Below are positions 53,697 to 64,000 of a stretch of 64,000 nt of DNA, one piece after another (the stretch's first letter is position 1; each line of letters opens with the position of its first letter). The notes beneath the pieces were generated by a model that saw nothing but the letters and a program-made list of their open reading frames with translations, did not search any database and was not told where the DNA came from. The stretch comes from Eledone cirrhosa. Taxonomy: Eukaryota. The stretch is from NCBI GenBank assembly GCA_964016885.1, contig OZ024740.1, forward strand, positions 340,814,001-340,878,000, written 5' to 3'. Made by a program: the position numbers and the translations under genes.

Positions 53697-54155
53697 TAAT
53701 TGTTTCTGCACAAAGCCAGCAATTTTGGGGAGGGGAAAGTTGATTAGATCAACTCCAGTGCATTATTGGTACTTTATTTTATTGACACCTTAAGCATGAA
53801 AGACCAGATGCTTTATTTTATTGACCCTTTAAGCATGAAAGACAAAACTAACCGTAACAGAATTTGAAATCAGAACGCAAAGGGCCGTAACTCTATGTCA
53901 TGAAGCATGGTGTCCAAAACTCTACCGATACTGTCAATCCAACGCCCTTAATAATAGTTTTTGATTTAGGCATAAGGCCAATAATTTTGTGGGAGAGAAA
54001 AGTTGATTAAATCGACCCCAGTGTGTTAATGGTGCTTTATTTTATTGACTCTGTAAGGATGAAAGGCCAAGCTAACCACGGCAGGATTTGAACTTAGAAC
54101 ATAAAGGGCTGTAACTATACGTTGCAAAGCATGTTGTCCGATACTGCCAATCACC
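53697..54155 (-). mobile_element. Two tandem SINE family B copies
   Basis: Two successive family B bodies; the first has an internal duplication of CTTTATTTT(T)ATTGAC.C.TTAAGCATGAAAGAC. Confidence 0.8.
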
Positions 54156-54839
54156 GAACCACAATAATAATCATTGAAGCCTAGAATATTATTATTCTAA
54201 ACAATTGTTAACCAAATCTTACATTAAATTGTGTGGATTTCTTGGTTTTACTTTTTCCCTTCTCGGTGTCATGTCAGGCCAAAGAATACGGATGTTTTCT
54301 TCCATCTTTACATTGCTGATTCTTTCTCTCAAACCATTCCCCCTTCTCTCCCTTTACTAAGTTACCTTACATTTCCTCCAACAAGCAATGCCTATGGTGT
54401 TAGTTGTGATATGTCTTTATCCAAAGGAACTGGTGTAGTAGGATGTAGGAAAATCATACATAAAATATGTGTGTATGTGTATATATATATATGGAGGGAG
54501 AAAGTGAGAGAGATATAAATGGTAGGGATTATGTATATCTAAATTATACACACATATGCATATAAATACATATATGTACCAAACTGTTTACTTGCTATGA
54601 CTAACAATTGTGTGTTTGTTCTGTAAAAAGAGACTAGGCTGTCATCATTGCAGGATGTTCTCAAGGTCTCTATTTATGGAGGTAGTGCACAAGGCATGAG
54701 GTGTTTAGGTTGTGTGTGGATGATGTCTCTGTGTAGAAGGTAATATCATTTGCATATGATGATGATGAGACAAAGAAAAATCTCGGGTACAGTGTGGATC
54801 AAAAAGTGTTCCATTAGCACATAATGCTAATGTGTAGTC

Positions 54840-55090
54840 CAGAGCTTCCCAAAGTTTTAGCTCTTGAGACACACTTTTTAAAATAAAAATTGTTCGTGAT
54901 ACATTAAGCTTTGTTAGTGACACCAAATTAACAAATATTCAATTAAATATAATATCACATTACCAGTCATGGATTTGATTGTACAGTTATCAAATCTCAA
55001 ATATTTACAATAATTGATCAAATTTGATTTAATTTTGTGATAATCAATGACACACTAAAGTTGTGACAACTTTAGTGTTTGGAAACTTCT
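54840..55090. mobile_element. Degenerate hAT-like MITE
   Basis: CAGAGCTTCCCAAA ... TTTGGAAACTTCT ends; subterminal GACACAC motifs and a palindrome at 55052-55078. Confidence 0.5.
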
Positions 55091-55959
55091 AACATGAAAT
55101 TTCTAACCCCAAAAATGAAATAGGCAATGACTAGGTGGACGTATTAGATAGGTTTTCATAGACTGTCAAGGGTACTAAATTATTGCAGGAAAGCCAAGAA
55201 TTCAAATTTGCCCATAAAAAGTCATATGCTATCTGGATTAAATATACAAATTCTCAGATGACATCTGAGCTCTTATTAGTAAGAAGAACATCAAGTTGTA
55301 CCAAATCGTATCCAGAAGGGCGGAGTGTATTGAATTGTTTGAATTTGACTAGGTTGAAAAAAAAATAGGATGTAAAAAAATTCAACAGAACATTGAACAC
55401 ACTACTTGAAACTATCAAGTCGGTTTAAACAGCATTAGTTATGCTACTTAGGTTTGTTTATATCAAGATAATTTTCATTTCAGAACATAGTAAAACAAAC
55501 AAACTTAAATAACTAGATAAATGTAATCCCATTGTAGTAAGTCAATTGGTCAATCAGCAAAAAGCTGTACAGTCGACTTAGTCTAATCTCTTTAATAGGC
55601 TTTCAATGCCAATATACAACATTGACTAATTGAAATCAAAGTAAAACTATCACCTGAATGACATTAATTTGGCATATTCTGTAAGAAATTATTTAATTTG
55701 ATAATGTTTTGTGGGGGAATTTAGTCAACAAATAATCTTTTTAGATAAATATTGGCTGTAAATAAAAGTATATATCAGCTAAGCCTTTCCTGGCCATAAA
55801 TATTTTACTTAAGCCCTCATGCTGTCTTCAAAAGTATAATCATCTCTTTGAATGGTAGTCCATGGCTTAGTGCACGGATATGCTATGGTAACTTGTTTTT
55901 TCATTAGATTGGTTTGGAGGAAGTCACTGTACACAAGACTTTTGCATGCCATTGAAGAT

Positions 55960-56380
55960 TAGTGAGTTCAATGCAGTTAAAGTTCCTCTTGAATAGTTGT
56001 AAGTTAATGGCTGTGGGGAAGGAATTTAAGAGGGCTGACACATTGGGAAGGTCAAACTGGATGTAGTAGTTAGTGCAGGGTTTAACTACATTATGTGTGA
56101 TGAAAGTAAGCTAGTAGTGTCTGAGTAGAGATGCCAAGTTCCATGAAACAGAAGCAACTGTAGTAATTGTACAAAAAAACAGAGATGATAGATAGCATGA
56201 GTGTGAGGTAAAGATTTGTGCATACGTGTGAATGATTTTGTGCCAATCAATCATGTTGACTTTCTTTGGGTGTGGTCTAGGATATCTCTGTGTGTAGTAA
56301 CACCACCATACCGGATGTGGGAGCAATACTTTATTGTGTGCCTCACCTGAGCTTTGTAGAATGTTCCTTAGTTTCAAGTT
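55960..56380 (-). mobile_element. Old Jockey/CR1-group LINE 3' fragment
   Basis: Minus-strand remnants YKAQVRHTIKYCSHI, SSLFF.YNYYSCFCFMEL and NSFPTAINLQLFKR resemble the LINE ORF2 C-terminus. Confidence 0.65.
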
Positions 56381-57082
56381 TGTTGCAATTACAGTATCAT
56401 TTATAACATTATATATATAGACTGATCCATCCATTCTACTATGGTAGAGAATACTTCTTTTCCTGTTCATTAAAACTATTTATTTGTTATTTTAAGAGCT
56501 TTGGAACAATGCAAACAAACAGCCACCTTAGCCATTCTCGTTAAATGCACAAGGCATCATTATCAGTCTATCTAAAAATGGAAGGCTCCATACATTGAGG
56601 TTTGGATTACCAAACAGTCATATCCCATCCCTAGCTAAAACTAGCACACTGTCTACAAAAATACACAGTTAAAATAATACTATGCTTGCAAATGCTAATC
56701 ATTTTTGTAACGATCAAACATTTTTTCATATGTGTAGGACCATATCAGAACAGATGTTTCATTTTAAGAACCAGAAATTACTTCACCCATGCACACTTGG
56801 TTTATCGTCCATGGATCATTTAAACCTGGCAGAGCCCATTCCTCTCCAAGTCTGAACACATACAGTACTAAAACCTAAGCCTATTCAATTCACCTGTCAT
56901 TTCAACCACAACTAGTACATCTCACGCCTTAAACTCTTTACTGGTCAATCTGTCTTCTGTAGACTCATTCTTTTCTTCAACTCCCTTACTGCTCATATTC
57001 CCTTCTACTCAGCTAAACAAAATAAGTATCAACAGCAACAAGTAGGGGTTAATCCCTGCAAATGACTCTGAGCCCCTTATCA

Positions 57083-57298
57083 TTAACTCTTAACATCCTG
57101 TAATGATTTAGAAGAAATTATCTCAAAATGGGCTTGTTAATTCAAATGTTAATAATATCTTTACTAGTGGAGAGATTATTGGGAAAATTTGTTATAAACT
57201 AAAGACTTTAATTTTTAATGTTATGTAGTCAGTGTTTTGTACTTTTCAAGAATGTCTTGCTAATACAGTTTAAAGCAGTACAGGATGTTAAGAATTAA
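57083..57298. mobile_element. piggyBac-like TTAA MITE
   Basis: TTAACTCTTAACATCCTGTA ... TACAGGATGTTAAGAATTAA terminal inverted repeats. Confidence 0.85.
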
Positions 57299-58520
57299 AA
57301 TACCCAAGAAATCTATGAGATGCAACCACCAGCATAGGTGTAAGCTACAACAACCAGCAAGCAGCACAAATTCAAATTGAAAATGTATTCATATTAACCA
57401 AATTCAGTTATTTCCATCTATCAATTTGTATGTGTGGTTAGAATTGAAAGCAAGTAGGTTGATAAAAATAAGTAAAAAATAATATTGAGAATGTTATGTT
57501 TAAAAAGCAGTGATATAATATCGTCTACACATTGCTACTAGATATCATTTATATCACAAGTTGCAGTTTACTTGTATATATTCTTCAAGTTTTGTTTCTG
57601 GAAAAGGTCAACCTTTCACTCCTAAATAACTCACACATTCCAGATCATATATTGCTTTCAGTTTTTCATTGCTTATTCCTGCATCTTTATAGAACTTCAA
57701 GAAAATAAATACTTTGTGAAAGAGGTGGGGAAATATAAGCATCCCATCAGTGTGAGACTAAGATAAGACCTTTACTGTTAAACATGTTGCCAACTGAAAG
57801 CTATGCTATAAATACATTTTAAACAATAACACTATTCCAGAGGAATTCCTTTCCCAGAAAAGATTTAGTTTAGACTCTGATTTACTGATTTTTTATTTAT
57901 TTATATTTTTGTTTTAGAATGCAATAGTAGTTTGATTAATTTATAATTTGAAACCAACAACTGCGATGAAGGAAAAGAGGCCAACAATTTCACTGGTACA
58001 GTTGCATTATCATGATTTAAGGTAAAGTAATAAATTAAACTAAACATCACATATAATTTCGACTGAAGCAAGTTACTAGGGTGCTGTTTATTATACTCCT
58101 TCAATATGAACTATTGCTTTCTGCAGCATATAAGAAATGAGTGGGAAAGTATTCATCTGTGATAGAACACTAGATAACAACCAAGATAATATAGGCTTGT
58201 TAGACTGAGCTACAAGAAACAGATTACATTACTTTTCAGGACTGTATGCTACTATCTTTTTTTTCTCTTTTTAATTTGGGTAAACTCTCTACTTTAGAAT
58301 ATTTTTAAAGCTAAGAATCTGATTGAATATCATATTGAATTATAGAATAAATTAGAAACAACCTACAAGTAATCCTTATAAATATATAAGTATCATCATT
58401 ATCATTTAACATATAAGTAGTAGATTGTGATAGAAGGCAACCTAAAACGAAAATTTTGTTTGTAATTTATAGGTATACAGACTGATTATGATAAAATATA
58501 TTTTGCAAGCAATTTTCATT

Positions 58521-58731
58521 TTAACCCTTTAGCATTTAAACCGGCCATATCCGGCCAGTTTTCTCTCACCTCTTTCTGTTCAAATCAGCCATAACTGGCC
58601 ACTCATATTGAGTGGCCTGTTATGGCTGATTTGAACAGATTCGATATTATGTGAGATGATTATGTGAAATAAAGTGCTTACTGTGAAAATACAATAGTAT
58701 ATATAGAGTAACGTAAATGCTAAAGGGTTAA
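58521..58731. mobile_element. piggyBac-like MITE with internal 65-nt hairpin
   Basis: TTAA-CCCTTTAGCATTTA ... TAAATGCTAAAGGG-TTAA perfect terminal inverted repeats. Confidence 0.85.
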
Positions 58732-59301
58732 GCAACCTTCTAACACAATCTGCTACTTTTTGAAACATTTGTGCTAATTTTTATGAAATTTATCTGACAA
58801 TCCTGAGATAGAAAATTAATGTAGCTCAATAAATGATTTAACATGATGAATTAGAAGCTTTGTAGAAATGAATGTCAAACCAACATATTGAAGTGTGATC
58901 TTCAATTAAACTTGCCTCTTCAAATAGCTCAAGACAAATTTAGTAAGATCATGTAAACATTCTAGTTTAATACATGATCAAATTACATCATCATAAATAG
59001 GATTTTAAAATTATAATATTAATTAATGTAAATATTTTTAGTTGTCCTAGAATCACTTTATATTTTTCTTTCCATGCTTTCTTTTTTAAAGATGCAAAAG
59101 AAAAGACTAGTTCATGTCAAAGCTGAAAGGAAGCATAAAATGAGAGACAGGAAGGAAAATACTAAATCATATATGACAAGTGAAGTTACTTGTCAGAAAT
59201 GATTGCTTGTCATATATAGTTACTTTTGTTTCTTTAAATTATCTTCTAATTATGTCAGTAAGTGAATAACTCTGACCTTACAGCCTTAAAAAAATGAATA
59301 A

Positions 59302-59337
<36 letters not shown>

Positions 59338-59609
59338 AATAAATAAATAAAATCTAGTAAGCATAATACAAACAGACAGAAAAATGAAATATAAGTCCTT
59401 ACTCAAATAAAGATATGCTAGATTAAGTGAAGAAGTGTCGACATTCATTTGAAGGATAAAAGTTATTTAAACTATAAACTCACCCCACCTTCCCCTGGTA
59501 CAACATTTGAAGTAAATCAGCACCTAATCCCATTCACAATTCATTTGATGTATCATATTCATAAACCAAGCAATTCTAATGATGAATGCTATATACTTTC
59601 ATTATAATA

Positions 59610-59960
59610 CATGCTTTGACGCATAGAGTTACGGCCCTTGCCATTCTGAGTTCAAATCCCGCCGAGGTTAACTGTGCCTTTCATCCTTACGGGGTCGATA
59701 AAATAAAGTACCAGTAATACACTGATAATTGCTGGCCTTGTGCCAAAAGTAGAAACAATTATAATACATACATCACGGTGAATTGGCAGTATCGGCAGAG
59801 GATCGGACATGCTTTCCAGCATAGTTACGTCCCTTTATGATCTGAGTTCAAATCCCGCCAAGGTTAACTTTGCCTTTCATCCATACGGGGTCGATAAAAT
59901 AAAGTACCAGTAATGTACTGGGTAATTGCTGGCCTTGTGCCAAAAGTAGAAACAATTATA
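59610..59960 (+). mobile_element. Two tandem SINE family B copies with nested TSDs
   Basis: ATTATAATACAT occurs before, between and after the two copies; the copies differ at diagnostic positions. Confidence 0.88.
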
Positions 59961-61189
59961 ATACATACATCACATGGAAATTCTGTACTAATAAAAAATG
60001 CAAAAACATCTTGAATCTACAGAGCTACTTCCTGCTGACTACTGGAAAAACAGATTTCATGATTCTTCAAAAGATCTCTGTATATGTATGTATTTAGCAT
60101 TAATTAATTAATATTTTAGAGTTTGCTTAATGCTGAAAACATTTTTTCAGCTGCCTTATAAATCTTTAATTGCCAACCTAACATCAGTTTAATGTATAGT
60201 GTTTCAAATATGCACAGCAAAAACAAAAACAAGAAAAGGAAAAATAACAGATAAAAATAATGCAAATTCTACATCCTCAGTTGGACACCATACCTCAGCT
60301 ACACCTTGCAAACAAGATGGTAAAATCATTGCCACAAAGAACAGCCAGTGATACCCTTTGCGTCCAACCATTCCACTTTGCAGGGCCCCATCGTCAAGCA
60401 TAACACCCTCATCCCAATTTGACAGACAAAAATGAGGACACCAGGTATCAACAGTGACTGGCATGAAATGGGATCTGTTTGTTAATGAATGGTATTTAAT
60501 AATTTTTCATTCTCCTGTGGTGTGGAGGGCCAAAGCAATAACAAGACATTGGAATAGATAGAACATGTTACTTTAGTGAAAAAGGAATGTAGATAGCAGC
60601 GCTATTCATTATATATATGTTCCTTGTCCATCATAAAGCATCAATGCATGACCAAAAGTTGTTTATTTTAAAGTGTCTATATTAATCTAAAAATAATTTT
60701 ATGTAAGAACATTTGTTACGTTCTGGTCTAAAGACCAGCTTAATAAGAAAATTAGATACATAACTAAATCCCTCTAAATTTTATATCATTTTCAAAATTA
60801 TTTGAACATCATAGGCAGTGTCTTTCATGAGAAATATTGTAACAATGAAGTTAAGAGTTTTACTATATCAATTGCCAAAGAGAGACACTGTGAATAAAAC
60901 TAGGAAATGATACATCACTAAATTTAAAATCAAATAACAAGGAATATATTTCCAAACTGCTTAGTGGAGGTGAAATGAAAAAAAAATGTTTTAGAGACAG
61001 AATTTATTAATGTAAAATATATAAATTTATTTATATTAAATTTTATTAAAAGGCACATTATCTTGCAGAATTTCAGGTTTTTTTCATGGAACCTACTGTA
61101 TTTAGGAAATAAGCCAAGTGTCATGACAGAAATAAGAATATAATAACAGAAAACAGATCACAAAATGGTAAAAACCAAATTTAAGAATT

Positions 61190-61614
61190 TACCCTATATA
61201 CTTGAATATAAGCCGATCCAAATCTAAGCCAGTCACTCATTATGTTATGTCTGAGAAATAGCCAACAATCTAAACTTTGTTTATAAGCCGAGGCAGGAAA
61301 TCAACATAAATGATACGGTTTTGAAATTCTCATGAAGTTTTGATATTTTGATATTCAAAATGTTTTAAGTGTTGTTTAGAGTATAGTTTTTGTTTTACAA
61401 CTCCATTAGGTAATGATTTTTTACCAATTTCTGACCATATTCATTCAAAGCATATAAAAAACAATATGAATTAGAATTTCACGTCGAAAGTGAAACTGGT
61501 ATAATATTTACCCCAAAAGTGAAACCGGTGTAATATTCACCTTCAAAGCAAAAATATTTTAGCACCTCATTCATATAGAATTTTTTGTCGCATATTTCTT
61601 GGCTTATATATGGT
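61190..61614. mobile_element. Degenerate Tc1/mariner (Tc2-type) MITE
   Basis: TACCCTATATACTTGAATATAAGCCG left end and GGCTTATATATGGTA right end; internal repeat of TATAAGCCGA. Confidence 0.55.
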
Positions 61615-61918
61615 AAATTTAAAAACTGCTGAATAAATACATGCACGCACATACACACACACAGAAGAACCTCTGTCCACTTTTTATTTTTCGTTTCTAA
61701 TTATATATTTATATACTCTATATTTCGTGTATTGAGTACATTGTTTAACTGTGATCTCTTCAGAAAAAGATTCTTAATCAGAAACTATAAATAAATCTGT
61801 CATATGTATGTGTTTGTGTATGATTGCATGGATTAGTTTATTTGTCATTTGACATCACAGATTATATTTAATTACAGATCTCAATATTTAATGTAAAAAC
61901 CACAAGGAGAGTATTAAT

Positions 61919-62102
61919 TAGTAGTTTCCAAACTTTTCACTACCGAGGACCCCTTTTATTTAAATAAATTTTTCTCTTAGCCCCCTCCTGCTAGAATTTG
62001 GATACCCTGTATTGTGTGCATATGATGTTTTTGTACATCACATGAAATTTTGAACTTATCCCACTGCTCTTAGGGGTTCAAACCCCAGTTTGGAAACAAC
62101 TG
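61919..62102. mobile_element. hAT (Charlie-like) MITE
   Basis: TIRs TAGTAGTTTCCAAACT / AGTTTGGAAACAACTG; degenerate 8-bp flanks GTATTAAT/GTGTAGAT. Confidence 0.65.
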
Positions 62103-63284
62103 GTGTAGATATTAACATTTAACATGTGAAACCATGAGTTTTTTCTATCTAATGAAGTAATATCAACAAAGTTTACTTTTACTCAGAATGTTAACAACAT
62201 TAAGTGGCTCTTGCACCTAAAATAATGAAAACATTTACTGAATAGGTTTACATAAATGTTTATTGCTTGTAAAAATTGAATTGTGATTATCCAACAATAT
62301 CAAAAATGCAAGTGAATACTCATTAACAGATGTATCAAGCACACAGTCAAATGGTACATCATAAATTAGATTTTACACAAAACAATGGCTTTTAATGTGT
62401 TATCTTTAACACTCAACACTTTAGCTATTTCATGAAATGAATGACATTAACATTAACATTTAGATGTTGCACAAAATTCCTCCACTTTTTCATTGATAAT
62501 TTAATAAGGGGTGAGAATAGATTGCTTCTTCTAATTATGCTGTCTGACATAATAGCAAATATCTCGATAGGGTCTTCAAGGGAATTGAGTAATGTTTACA
62601 GTTTATCTTAAAACAAGGGCTCTGATAATTCTTCTTTACTAACATAATAAAATAAACTAATATTATATTAGTTGTGATAATTAATGCTATTGTAAATAGT
62701 AGAGGTGAAAGGTGTATGTAAATCTCAGTCATACAACATAAATTTTTCAACATTTCAGAGTAAGATATAAAAAAATGAGTTGGTTTTAGGGAGCTGCTAC
62801 AATGCAAATGGAGCTATAAATACAGAGGGAACAATGTTAAAAAACAAAAAAAAAAGTAAGAGAGAAAAAGACAAAAAAAAAAGGAAATTGGAATGTTACA
62901 TTGGAAATATCTAATAACTCCTTATATTTCAAGGAAAATACCCATTGACATAGGAACAATATTAAAGAACTGAGAATGGAATTATGAATTCATTTCGTTT
63001 GCATTTTTTGCTAATTTCCTTTACTAAATGACAGTCTAACTCATATTTTTGGACCATGTTTAGAAGCTTCAAGTGAATTTTAGACTAAAACAAAAGAAAT
63101 AATAATAGAAAAGAATAATTTCTTTTTAATTAACCAGTAACTTTCTGTTAATCGTTAAAAAAATATTCATCAGTACATCCAGTTTTCCATATTTATTTAC
63201 ATGGGTGAAATGATTTGTTCAAAATAGATATATCAGTTAGATTATGCTCATACAACTGTTAACCACTCTATTGTAAAATTGAGT

Positions 63285-63485
63285 GAAATTTGGGGTGCCA
63301 TATACTGTGGCACATTTTCTTGTATCAAACCAGTCACTTCAGCCATAAATTCAGGTGTTGCAGCCTGCAAAGCAGAGGAGCATAAGATGATTAAATACCA
63401 GTCATTAACAAACAGATTTTATTTCATGTCAGTTGCTGTTGAGACTGCTAGTGTTCTTGCTCCATAGAATGCTAAATTCCTGTGC
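63285..63485 (+). mobile_element. Restriction-like endonuclease fragment of a CRE/NeSL-type non-LTR retrotransposon
   Basis: IWGAIYCGTFS...AACKAEEHKMIKYQSLTNRFYFMSVAVETASVLAP matches the WD.TC.DT.A...AE..K..KY..L....F.P.AVET.G REL motif. Confidence 0.7.
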
Positions 63486-64000
63486 CACATCAGAATGAGG
63501 GCATCACACCTGAGGAAGGAGCCTTGTGAAGTGGAATGGCTAATTCAGTGGATATCACTAGCTGTTCTTGGTGATGATGCTTCTGCAACATTATCCACAG
63601 AGTATGGTGTTCAATTGAGAATGTGGTAGAGTTTACCAATTTCCTACTTTCTTCTGTTTTATTTTTGTTTTTGCAGTGTATATTTGAAAAACATAATATT
63701 GAATGTTGTAAGGAAAAAGAATTCCATATATATTCAACAAAGCAACATCCTCTTAATGTGGAGATTTTGCTGAAGCATATTTGATAATCAAAGACAAGTT
63801 CTGCCAATATGGTGGTCATTTGACTTCACCACTCATCAGTTTTTAAGTCAAAAAGAAGGAAAAACCAATTGAAACCACACTGGTTCTAAGGTGCAAGGCT
63901 ATTCATTTTTAAATGTTTATATTAAGTCATTGGCACTGTCTTCCCCTTCCTAACTTAATTTAAAAAATTGTATAACTTCTCATATATATCAATTTATTTT

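Overview
AT-rich, microsatellite-dense eukaryotic DNA. It is most likely a coleoid cephalopod such as Octopus, inferred from the repeat types rather than proven. The window appears to lie inside the very large introns of a G-protein alpha-o gene on the minus strand. Only one exon is visible: 142 bp at 25061-25202, with the length and phase of Gi/Go exon 3. The rest is transposon debris: two tRNA-headed SINE families, RTE, CR1/Jockey-group and CRE-like LINE fragments, a decayed Ty3/gypsy element with nested insertions, a solo LTR, non-autonomous Helitrons, and TTAA (piggyBac-like), hAT and Tc/mariner MITEs. The main find is at 23898-24657: a ~1.6-mer tandem repeat with a 485-nt period, embedded in (TA)n. 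Each unit carries a type I hammerhead ribozyme with an unusually long GCAA-capped stem II; one copy is intact and one has a G8A core mutation. This is a candidate retrozyme (viroid-like circRNA-producing element) lying antisense in the G-alpha-o intron. Nearly all other listed ORFs are microsatellite noise or transposon fragments. Boundaries of degenerate repeats are approximate, read by eye.
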